Below, in pieces: positions 52,436 through 64,000 of a DNA stretch of 64,000 bases. The notes under the pieces are model-generated. The model ran no database searches. It was not told where the DNA came from and saw only the letters and a list, made by a program, of their open reading frames with translations. How positions within the stretch are numbered: position 1 is the first letter of the stretch; every line of letters begins with the position of its first letter. Where the stretch lies: positions 372,001-436,000 of the forward strand of contig CT868208.1 in assembly GCA_000165425.1 (NCBI GenBank), read 5' to 3'. The translations under genes and the position numbers were made by a program. The stretch comes from Paramecium tetraurelia. Taxonomy: Eukaryota.

Positions 52436-54844
52436 TCAAACTACATATATTTTAATGATCCTGTTCGGCTTCTTCAAGCATATTTTACACAGCTCAAGTT
52501 TGTTTGAACAATCATAACAACAAAATCTATGACCACATTCCAAAAAGACCTAAAATCAATTTTCTTAAATACAGAATTAATATCTTTAGATTGACAAATT
52601 TAACATAAATTGAATTCTTATTCTTCTTTTAATCTTTACTCTAATTCAGACACCTGATTTTTAAGGATGTTGATTAAACCATTTTCTTTTGGAATTAAAT
52701 TAGATTGAATTTCTAATTGTGAAATACTAGATAAGTCACTGAATCTATGATCAAATACTTAAATTGAGTACCTTTTAATGATAAACAATATTAAAATTAC
52801 ATATCATTATTTTTTTTAGTTCCATCATTCCCCCCAATCAAATAAATTGAAGTTTCATAGGAACACAATTGATGAAACGTTCTTGCAGAAGGAGTGTTCC
52901 CTGCAGTTTCTATAAACTTCCATTCCTTTAATTCGCAATTAAACTCATAGAGATCATTGTATCGAGTCATAGCAGCATCAACTCCCCCAAAAATGTAAAT
53001 ACTATATCCTATTATTGTACTGCTATGTCTATAACGAGAAGGAGGCTTATTTCTAACCTTTTCTGAATACCAATAATTTGAAGCAAATGAATAAGTATAC
53101 TAATTTTAATAATTATAATACAAGTTCATCTAAAGTCTTAAAGCCATCCCAACCACCAAAAACATACATCTGATTTTTATATACTTCTGCTGTATGGCCA
53201 AATCTTGGGGATGGAATTTATCCATGAGTTTGCAACTTAACCCAATGATTGTTTTGGATGTCAAAGCAATGCAAATCATTAAATCTATTACTACCATCTG
53301 CCCCTCCGAAGACATACAACTTTTCATTATTTATAACCAGAGACATATCAACTCTTGGTTAAATTTCTCTGGTTGTTCTGATCTAATTCCATTAGCGCAG
53401 TTTTGTATCGAAAACATATAAATCATTAAAGTATTCTCCCCTCCTATTTGTATAGCCTCCAAAATAATAAATGTCATGTTGATGGGCCACTCCTTTACAA
53501 CCTGATCTTGGAGAGGGAAATATTCCTTTCGGTGGAATTTATTCCCATTGTTTCTTAAATAGATTATAGCAGTGCATATCATTCACTATAGTAGTGTCAT
53601 CGGATCCACAAAATAAATAGAGATTTTCTTAGCATTGCACTACTGAGTGACCAGTTCTAGGAGTGAACTTACTAATTGTCATTTATACGTTTACATCTCT
53701 TAGTTAGTTTCGATCTTCCATTCGTAATATTTTCCTAATTCCAAAAACGAAGTCCCCTCTTCTATATTTTGAACTTCAAAAGGAATGTCCTACAAAAATT
53801 CCTCTCTCTCTACTGTGTGACTACGATAACTCACTAATGATGATTGAGGTTAGAGATCGACCAAGTTGGCCATCTTAACTTAATCTAAAACTTCATATTT
53901 ACTTGAGAAAAATTAAGAATTGAGAGATCCTGGTAATTTAAACCTCCGATCACTAAAATATCCTCTCGAGATTAATTTAACAAACAGAGCATTGTATGTT
54001 GTACACGAGGGTATGGATGTCTACTTACTTTAGGTAGTTCTATCCATTTCAATGTGACTATGTTTAGAGCATAGAAATTATCATTGCATCTTTTGCCATC
54101 GAATGTACACCCTCCAAATATTATTAAATACTCTTTCATAGCCAATGCTGCTTGATGTCTGAATATTGAGAGTGGGTTTTTTATCTCCAACCTTATCCAA
54201 GTTCTCAGATCAACCAAGAGCCAAACATCATCCAATATTATTTACCCATCACTTCCTCCAGTTACAATTATAGTGTCCTCATAAACCGTGCATTAATGTC
54301 CAAACCTATGTGCAGGCTCGAATTCTATTTGATTCCATCTAATGCAATACATTTATTTTTTTTACTTATCACCTCCTATTGTGTACGTTTTACAATCATT
54401 AAAAATTTTCTTTTGAGTCCTTCCCCCAATTATTAATACCTAACCCCTATACAAGCACATGCTGTGTTCAACCCTTCCTGTCGGAGCGCTTTTTATTTAA
54501 CGGAATTTCAATTGTACAACATCAATTTCCAAAAATTCATCAAGTAAAATCGTCCCTTCGATATCTATACTTCCCCCATAACAATATATTTTTCCTTAAC
54601 TCATTACAAATTAACTATTATATCTATTGTTCATATTCAATTGTCACCTAGCCTTAAATGGAATTCCATTGCATAATTTCCGCCATTTAAAATCAATCAA
54701 GCTTAAACTATACAAATCATTCTGTTTGTAGTTATCAACTATTAAATATAAATTATCCTCATAAAATGTGCAAGGATTCGTTATTTTATTTGGTAAAGTT
54801 CCTTATAAACGTTGAATCTCCCACTTTACTGCAATTTAAGACAT
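52436..54844 (-). CDS. Double Kelch-propeller protein with coiled coil and C-terminal RING finger
   Basis: Repeated GG-x-D..ND..Y..W Kelch motifs in two blocks (e.g. PSPRFGHTA..YVFGGWDG). C-terminus CQIC..ECGHRFCCYDC..CKIC..IIKIYVV*. Confidence 0.85.
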
Positions 54845-54948
54845 TATTTGATTATGATTTATATAATAAACATTTTCAATACATCACCCTCAACTTCACC
54901 AAAACAATCAAAATTCTTTGCTTCAAATCATCAAATTGATAACAATAT

Positions 54949-55975
54949 TCATAACTGACATATTAATGTTCCTAAAATCACACCCAAAATCAGATAGTTT
55001 TTAATATCATTTTAGTACTCCATAACACTTATTAAGTTTTTAATTCTGATTGCTTATGATTTCAAAACATTGTCTTTGAAAAATTTACAAATTATATCCT
55101 TCTATAATTTCAGTAGCACAAGTTCTTACTCATCTGGTACTTAAAATCCTCTCAATTATTTTTCAGTAATTAATTTCATTTTAACATCATTTTGTTCAAA
55201 ATTAAGATTCAAAAATTATAGTACCTCTAATTTTATTAATAAATACTATTTCATATGATGAATTTATTCTAATAGTTCTTCTAATTCTGCTGAATTTTCT
55301 ATTCAAGTTTAATCCTATTAAATATTTATTAAATGTTGCTTTTCATTTCAATAATAATGTGCAAGTCAAAATTATTTGTAGACTTAGTTTATTTAGTTTA
55401 ATTTCTACTATTGAAATTTCTGCTATTCTAATTAATTTTTATGTAGCATAAGAAATTGCTTTTTTAATATTAAAATTCTATTCAATCTTAACTATTAGTT
55501 TGATTTCTTCTTAAGTAAGTTATGCTTTTGGCCTTCACAAATTGGTTTCCTAATATTAATATTCTAAATCTATTGCTCTAGATTATTATTTATACAATTA
55601 TTAACTTAAACTTAAAAAGGATAATTGTTTCTCTTACAATTATTTTTTTACATTTCATAAATTAAATGTCACTTTTCTAAAATTTTTATGTTCATGTTGC
55701 ACTAATTTATTAATAGTTTGCTTTGTTTTCCAAATTTCAATTAAATTTTATATTTGATATTTACACTATTGCAATTTTAATCTTGTATTTTTATTAATTT
55801 AATAGAATATTAGCAATTTATTAAATAGTTCATTAATAGTTTTGTAATCTTATCTCCATAAGAGTTCATGAACTTCTATTTAAACACATGAATGAGTCTT
55901 TATTTCTATAGTAAAATTTTCTATAATGAAATTCAATATTATTTTTATAATAATATATAAATTAGTTCTCAACAT
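54949..55975 (-). pseudogene. Probable decayed gene (coiled-coil with C-terminal hydrophobic anchor)
   Basis: A coding-like E/Q/K-rich frame ending NYLILGVILGTLICQL* carries three in-frame TGAs (55366, 55348, 55303) that no GT..AG micro-intron removes. Confidence 0.45.
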
Positions 55976-56556
55976 TGTTAGGATAAATCTATAGTTTAGG
56001 GGATTGAAACTATATTTGCAAACAAATAACATAATAGTAACAGTCAAAAATGAAAGCTTGTGAAAAACAATAAAATTTTACTAAAAATAAAACCTAAATG
56101 ATTGGAATTTTAGAAAAAAAGTAACGAGCCCACATTTACCATTTTGCATGTTAAAGAAGATTAATTCAATAAAAAGAATAATTGTAATAAAAGTAATCAG
56201 GCATAATATGATAATTTAAATCAATTATGATAAAATAAATAATACTTATACCTATGAATGAAGCATTAACATTAAATGATTATATTGATTAGAATGGAAA
56301 AAGTGACTTGAGAATAAACTAAAAGATGAGTTAATTAACTTTGATACAATGGTAACTCAATAGATTATTAAAATCTATAAATGTTAATTCAAACTAAATA
56401 AAATACTAAAATTCAAATAAGACCAGCTATTAAATATTAAAGAGAATTTATCAATTAAATATAGAATACTATTTGTTTTTCTTATTTAAATGTCCTCTTC
56501 TATTATAGTAAACAATGGATTATATTTTTGATTATTTATAATTAATAGGTATTATT

Positions 56557-57588
56557 TCATATTTTAAAATAATTATGTTTCAGTAATTCTTTAGCAGAGG
56601 GTCTTTCTTTTGGATCAGTTTTCAACATCCACCTTAATAATTCGATGAATGAAGAGTGAATATTAAGATCCTAGAGATGAGAAAATGAAATTCCTTGTCT
56701 CATAAATTGATCTGAAATTACTCTACCTTTAGTAAAAAATTTGGAATCTTTAATCATCCATTATGGAAATGGACCGTTTAGATGTTCAATCATCAGCAAA
56801 TGTTTTTAGTTATTATTTTTTAGTTTGCCAAACAATTCTTTTTAGAAAAACATTTCATGCATCAGACATCCAAGACACCAAATATCTTGTTTTGAATTCC
56901 ATTCGAGTCCCAAAATAACTTCAGGTGCTCTATATTCTTCTGTATTAACTAATCCTTTATAAAACTGTCTACCGTACACTACATTTCCAAAGTCTATTAT
57001 TTTTACATTAACTTCATCAAATTATGATTTAAAGAGAATATTTTCTAATTTAATATCAGTGTGAAGATATTAAAGCTCATGCATATAATCAATGGCATTT
57101 AACAACTGTTACATGATAGATTTGATTTATTATTATGTAAATCTTTTTTTTATTAAGGATTCATATAAAGAGGGACCCAACGCCTCCATTAGAATACATT
57201 GGCATTATTTGTGATAAAAAAAATCATACACCTTTAATATATGATGTCTACCAGGATGGTCAATTAATTTAGGGAATAAATTTAAAAATTACCCTGCTTA
57301 ATATTCCTTTTCGTAAATCGTGAAATGAGTTTTTAATGATCTACTTATAAAAAAATAACTTACTTTCAAAGCCCGTTAATTATTTGACTAAACATCTCTA
57401 ACTTTGATGACTCTTCCGAAGGTTCCTTCGTTAATTCTCTCTAAATATTTGTACTTTCCCCCTATAATATCACCTTTGTCCAATGAATAACAGGATTCTT
57501 CTAAATCTATGATTTAAGCTGGTTTCACCTGCTTTTCTTTTGAACGAGATCTTTCGCGATCATCAATAATTATATAATTTTTTCTCAT
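56557..57588 (-). CDS. LAMMER/CLK-like dual-specificity kinase
   Basis: EGTFGRV, ALK, LGPSLY, HTDIKLENIL, IDFG, YRAPEVILGLEW, DIWCLGC, KHLLMIEHLNGPFP (LAMMER variant). The 1032-nt frame is open if no intron is removed. Confidence 0.85.
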
Positions 57589-57671
57589 GAAAAAAATTAT
57601 GTTTTCTAAAATTATTTAAATCACTAATCATGACATAAATAAAATTAAAATTTAAATTATTTATTCTGGGT

Positions 57672-58063
57672 ATGAATTAATTGAACGACCAAAGCCACAA
57701 TCCATTTTTCTCTATATTAGGCAGTGCTATCTCCTGTATATATTTGTATCTATTATAGAATGTCCGAACTATGATTCAAAGATGAATTATCTTTTGGAGT
57801 CAAGAAAAATATTTTTATTTAATTAAGTCTTACAACAACAAATAGAGTTTATCAAAGATTAGAATAGTTAATTGGATAAACAATGTATTTAGCCTCAAAA
57901 GAAATAGAGAAGAAAAGCTACACAAATTTCTAAATTATATAAATGTACTTAATGTGAAAAGTCATATGGTTCAGAAGCTTCTTTAAATCTCCACAGTAAA
58001 CTAAAACATCCAACAATTGAATCAGAGTCGAAAACATAGATTGAACAAAGTTTTTAAATTTGA
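57672..58063 (+). CDS. Small C2H2 zinc-finger protein
   Basis: RRKATQISKLYKCTQCEKSYGSEASLNLHSKLKH; one micro-intron. Confidence 0.8.
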
Positions 58064-58335
58064 TTCATTTTAGTTTTTATTAAGTCTTTTTTTTCTTTAA
58101 CAATTTAATCAATTTTATATAATTTATTTTTAATTTATGCTGTTATTTTACATAATAAATTTAATTATATTATTTTATTAGTAGAAATTATTTTCTATTG
58201 ATTTACAACTTATCAATAGAAATTATAATATTTTAATTATTTTTCCCATTTGATGAATGCTAAAATTACTAATTGTTTATAAAATTAATATTTCTAAGAT
58301 TAATTAAATATTAAATAAAAATTAAGCTTTCCATA

Positions 58336-59570
58336 ATGGCTGATATCAATTCTTAACGAAAAAGTGTTTAAAAAGTATTCTAATTTCTTAAATTAGCAAG
58401 CGTATATTGATGATCTATTTACTAATGACAATGAAATGGAGGATGATAAAGATATAATAAAAATTTATAACACTGCCAAGAGAGAAAGGAAAACAATTGA
58501 GGCACACAAATAACTTTTGGATAATAGAGTAGCCTTGTTGAAATAGGAAGAAATACGCACTCTGAAAAAAATAGAGGAAACCAGAAAAAAAGCATTAGAA
58601 ATTTATTATTTAAAGAAAAAAAATGAAGAGAAGCTTAAAAAAGTAAATATTTCATGATTCAATTTAGAGAGAGGAAGAAAAGGAATCTCTATAAAAAAAA
58701 TAAGAATAATAACAACAAATTAGAAAATAATAAGAAAAAGAGCATAAATTATTGATTTAGAAGCACAGAAATGAAAAAGCACAAAAAGCCTTTATTATAA
58801 AAGATCAATCCAAGAAAATTGAATTGAAAAAATAAAATATTTAGAAACAATCCTTGACTTCTTTAAAGGAAAAGAATTAAATTATGAGAGAATCCAGAGA
58901 TATAAATAGAGTTATGGAAAGAATATAGATGGAAAAGAGAGAAGCAATTAAGGTTTAATTAGGAAGAAAGTTAGATTCTGAACAAAAACTTAAAGAAATT
59001 AAGCAAAAAGGTATTTGTTACAAAAATGTTAGAAATTGAGTAAATCGAAACCTATGAAATGGATTTACTTTAAAAATTGTAAAATACATAATAAATGTAA
59101 AAAACAGCCTTTGAAGAATTAGAATCAGCTTTGACTATGACAGCTAAGGAATTTGCTGAAAAATATTTGCAACCTAAATAAAAGGAGTAATAAAAAAAGT
59201 TAAAATTAGTGATTAGAATAAGGAAATCTCAAACTTTAATTCAGATGATGATGAAGCTAACAAAGATAAAGAGCGTCCTCACATTAGTGAACCTTCCTAG
59301 GACTAGTCTTCGAAAATTTCTATATAATAGATTAATGAAATTCATGATTAACATCAATAACATGATTCTAAATAAGATGAAGATAATGATTAAAATGAGA
59401 ATTAGAATTAAAATTCAAAGGAGGAGAACAATTAATAAAATCAAAATAATCTATAATTAGATGAGTAAAATAAAAGTTAAAATGGAGATCAAAATGAGAT
59501 TCCAAATCTTCTGGAATCTCCAAAAAATAAAATAGAGTAGGATTAGCAAGAAGAAATATAGAATGAATGA
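58336..59570 (+). CDS. Coiled-coil protein with acidic/Gln-rich tail
   Basis: LLDNRVALLKQEEIRTLKKIEETRKKA helix; three micro-introns; TGA 59568-59570. Confidence 0.75.
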
Positions 59571-60264
59571 ATGTTATTATATTCTGATAATAAATATTAC
59601 CACTAAATACTTCCATTTAAATTTCATACTTTTCATATAATTCATTATTAAATCAATTTTTATTATCAATCAATAATTATATACTTCTTAAATTGAAATC
59701 ATTCTTATTGAAATTAAATAAACTAGTCCATCTTAGGATAAAACTATTTAATTAGAATTAAAAAGAACTAATAAATTAAGTATTCAAGGTAAAATAATTA
59801 TATATTTATTATATATAAATCGAGTGTTTATTACATCTTCCATAACTAATGGAATTTAATTTATTATCCTTTTTAACCTATACTTATACATTCAATTATT
59901 TTCACCAGAGAATCGATATATCTTTTAAATAATTTCGATTTTAAATTATTTAAGTTACAAATTACATATAAACTACTAATTATTTATAAACGTTTATTTT
60001 CTTAGCCACTAAATCATTTGTGCATAATACAAATTAATCATCTATTTTTTATCTATCAATGATCTCTAAGTTTAATTGCGAAAATTATATTAAGTATTCT
60101 TGCTTTATTATTAAACCTTTAAATAATTCTTTTTCTTTACGCTTAACTATTGTAACAAATTCCAATTAACTATAATCGAATCTAGTAGATATTTGATCTA
60201 GTTTAATTGACTTTCCATTTTCCTGTTTTTATTTTATATATTAATCTTAAAATAATACTTCTAA

Positions 60265-63200
60265 ATGAAGGATTGCTAGATACCTGACCCTGAATAACTC
60301 ATATATTCTTTTAATTTAATTCTATTTACAAAGGATGAATAGCAGCGAAAATTAAGGCAAGTGAATTTTTAAGATAACTTGAATAGAATGAACCCTAATT
60401 TTTGCTATCACTTATACACATCTATGAAAATGATAATGTACATCTTCAGAAATAATACCTAGACTGAGGTCTTGAGACTTCAATCATTATTGTTATTGAA
60501 AAATGCAATTACAAGGAATTGGATAAAAGCATCAATTATAAATGGGAAAAGGGCTAATATTTTCAAATGAACAATTAAAAACTCCATGTCAAACAATCCT
60601 TAGTAAAACTGACTTTACAAAGAATATCGAAAGAAAGGAGAGAAACATTTCTAAATCAAATTATATAAGTAATAGTTAAATATGATTTCCCGGGAAAATT
60701 TTAGGATTTGGAAAATTATTTCATATCAACTCTATAGTAAATTAGTTAATTTGATAATGTGGTTTCACATCCAATATACGATTTCGTAAGAACATTGAAG
60801 TCTGTCTAAAAAGAAGTTTCGAAAAATAGACTAAGTAAAAATTTATTTCTAGAATTTTAGTGGCCTTTAAAATCTTGTAAAAAGAGTTTAGCCAAAAGGT
60901 TTTACCCATGTTTACACATCTATGGAAATATGTAACCTAATTACAATTTTAAGATTTATCAAAAAGTTCTTAAATTACTTGTAATGTATTGCTTTAAAAG
61001 ACTTCCTAAAAATTAGATTAAATATTAAGCTATTTAGTTATGCCATTTCATTAAGAGGAAGACTTGTAAGAAAATTAATATCTTTAGACAAACTATATCA
61101 GACATTTTTAAAGTTTTACTACAGAAAGCAACAGAATTCTTAAAAGTACATCAAAATTCTGAAATTATAAAAGCTCATTTAAAAACTTTGATTTCTAGCT
61201 TAGCAAGTTTATAATAATTATATCCGATTAGCATTGGCTATTCACTTTAGGACTACTTGACAATTTTATAAATTATATTACATTAAGTTGAACCTGAAAA
61301 TCGATTGATCAACATAGGGTTGGCATCATTAACAAAGATTTTATAGACTCATTTTTATTATTGTTCAAATGAATAATTCAAAGCAACTATTCCTTAGCCA
61401 AAATCACAAGTTTATATTCAATTAAGAGAAGTATGTCATAATACCTTTTAGGTGTTTTTTAATACTCACATCATATTCTTTTTAGAAAGATTAATCGTTA
61501 TTAATTCTTCAAAGAGAAATTCTAATATCAAAGAAATCTTAGAAATTGAGCATGATTCAAAGAGCAAAACAAATGATGATAAAGATGAAGTCAGTGAATC
61601 AACCTAAATTTTATGTGCAGAATGTTAAGAATAATTGATAAGTAGATTTCCTTAATAAATATTGAGTTATATAATAGAAAATACTTAGTAATTAATATCA
61701 ACAAATTATTCAGTCATTAAAACTGAACTTTTAGATAGTTTCTTTTCACTTTTTGGAAAGGCTATAAAAATTCAAGAAAAATAGAAATTGCAAACCTTTT
61801 CTTTCATGCCCATTTTAAATTATTTATTTTAGACTGAGAATCCAAGAAATTATTATAGATATATTATGTTAGGAAAAGAGTTTATTTCAAAATTTTCGCA
61901 ATCTGAGTTTGAGTAATTTTTTGAACAAACAACATTAATAATCTTAAAATCGGATGATATAGCAATTAAAATTGCAGGATTAGATTGCATTAATTAAGCC
62001 TTCGCAATAAAAGTAAATAGAATTGATTAGACAACTTTGATAAAATTAGGACAAATTGTTTCTGTATTACCCAACGTATTGAAAGAGGATGAGATATCCC
62101 ATTATATTTAGATTATTAATGATTTTCTATATCATTTTATGTATGGTTCTTTAGTAATCTCAACAGATTTTGTAATAAATTAGTTATTATAAAATGACTG
62201 TTTAATTATTTTGTTTAACATAAAAACAAATTTATTAGTTGTAAATTTTTGTGAATTGTTTAAAAAGCTATTAATTAGTTTTCCTTTTGGAAACGTACCA
62301 GATTAACTTATTTAATTAGCAATAATATTTATTACTCAAAATATGTAAAGCAATCATCAAGACATTTTGGATTTGTATTTAAAATTACTTTATGAATACA
62401 ATAAAGGCGTTAATCATAATACCACAGGTATTTTATTACAAGAATTATTCTTGAAAAATGAAAATATGTTGTTGTAAAATCTAGAGAATTAATCAATTAA
62501 ATGCTTCATTTTATTAATGATAAACGAAATGATACTATTAGATTTATTACCCATATCCAATAATTTATATTAAATGTTGGCTTCATTAATGATCAAAGCA
62601 TAAACAATAAGTGATATTGAATAATCAGTAGAAATGAAAAATAATTGCCTTAATGTGTTGGAAACAATAATTTTATAATAAATAGGTAAAATAGATGTTA
62701 CATGCTATGGAACCTTGATTATTTATTTAATAAAAGAATTTTTAGGTTTTCAGTAAATTTAACTAAAATCATTTCAATTTGTTGAATTAAAAACTCGAGT
62801 GACTAACATTTTGAATATATTTTTCTTTAAAGAGGAAGCATATTTTTTGGAATTTATAGCATCAAATTTTCAAAATTATGATTAATATTTCATTTAATGG
62901 CAAGAAAATTCAATCAATATCATAAATAAGGGAAATAAAAAATTAAACACAATTACTACTTTATATTTTTTAAAATACATTTCTCAACCTACATTATAGA
63001 GTTTTATAGAACCTATATTAAAAGAAAGTTTAGTTGAAATTTAATATTTTATTGATTATTAGAATGAAGAATTTAGAGAATAATAAATAAAGAATCGATT
63101 ACAGTACCACAGTTTTGAGAAAGTAAGATTAAGTAAGAATAGAGAAAGCTTAAGAAAAGAGGAATTGTTTGAAAGGAACTTACATTATAATAAACTAAAT

Positions 63201-63349
63201 ATCCAATAATTAGTTTTAGCAACTATAAATGTAATAATTATATCTATAACTAGTAAGTTATGACTTAATTCAAACTGTAAGGAATGTAATAGATCATTTA
63301 AGATTAATATTTATTAGGCTAATTGAACTTATTAGTTGATGAATGCTGA
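60265..63349 (+). CDS. Importin-beta family (importin-11-like) HEAT protein; 5' part frameshifted as assembled
   Basis: IBN_N pattern KASEFLRQLEQNEPQF..LRLQSLLLLKNAITRNW, IVKYDFPGKF, KEVSKNRL. Four frame changes lie between 60348 and 61092; after that the frame is intact for 2.2 kb (one micro-intron) to TGA 63347-63349. Confidence 0.7.
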
Positions 63350-63387
63350 TATACAGATGTATTTAGTTATTAAACCAATGAAATTGA

Positions 63388-63823
63388 TCATTCCTTTTTC
63401 TCTTCAGCTCTTACTTTGCCTTTTCCATTTGTTAATCTAACATTGAGTTCAGCTGCTCTTCTAACAAGAGTTGCTCTTTTTCTGGCTGAAAGGTTGTGAG
63501 CTAATTCACCTGCAAATGTTCTATTATTTGTTAATAATAATTCAAGATCCTTTTCATTAGTTATAAGCAATTTTCTGAAACCAGTTTAATCCAAATATCT
63601 AAAATGAGCATAGAATATAATACCTAGTCTTCTTATCACCTCTATAACCAGCTTTGGGCATAGGTCTATTGCCTCTAAATCTTCTTCTGACTCTGTTATC
63701 AATACCTCTTGGTCTTCTCCAACTTGGTCTCAATTTATGAGGGTAGTCCTCTGATTCAAATCTAACAAATCTCTTTGTTCTCTTGTGCACAATTCTTTTA
63801 TGAGCAAGTGATTTGACGACCAT
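63388..63823 (-). CDS. RPL32: 60S ribosomal protein L32 (eL32)
   Basis: [40 protein letters not shown]; one micro-intron. Confidence 0.97.
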
Positions 63824-64000
63824 TTGTTTATAATTAAATAAAAGATTTTAATTCAAAAATTAACATTATTTTGTAAATAAGTATTCTAATGGTATTTGAT
63901 CATTTTAGACTGTGTTCACTTGCAATAACTAGAGAAGAGACTGGCCATTGTCTTTACTATAGTGGAAATACAAGAAAAGTGGAAACTACTGTAAATATTA

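Noticed and set aside
63860..64000. Coding-like sequence at the window end (+ ATG 63889, or a minus-strand last exon ending near 63900)
   Set aside because: Too short to decide the strand or product.
1..64000. tRNA, rRNA, telomeric repeats, retained IES, transposase or CRISPR
   Set aside because: No cloverleaf/T-loop signatures outside CDS, no telomeric arrays, no transposase motifs and no repeat-spacer arrays seen. IES retention cannot be judged without germline or read data.

Overview
AT-rich, extremely gene-dense ciliate macronuclear DNA, almost certainly Paramecium. Only TGA terminates, TAA/TAG read as Gln (translation table 6), and genes are split by tiny 20-33 nt GT..AG introns, so the supplied standard-code ORF track shows only fragments. 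Re-translating by hand gives about 33 protein genes. Confident calls are ASCC3 helicase, proteasome beta3, RPL17, a ZNFX1-like helicase, MPP-beta, mitochondrial MetAP, AIFM3-like Rieske oxidoreductase, sortilin/VPS10, TMEM107, a helicase-derived RRM/KH-RBR E3 ligase, two kinases, GPI, a Kelch-RING protein, an importin-11-like gene and RPL32. There is also a clear PRPS pseudogene and a second decayed gene. Most notable observations: (i) two divergent genes whose start codons overlap in one CATG; (ii) G-U-rich tandem hairpins in the two unusually long spacers flanking a La-motif gene next to ZNFX1 (candidate ncRNAs); (iii) a LITAF protein with a wolframin-like luminal domain; (iv) a divergent RPA32/Teb2-like protein; (v) frameshifts confined to A-runs in the importin and LAMMER-kinase genes, several exactly offset by retention of an adjacent micro-intron. 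All family assignments are by eye from motifs, and no database searches were run.
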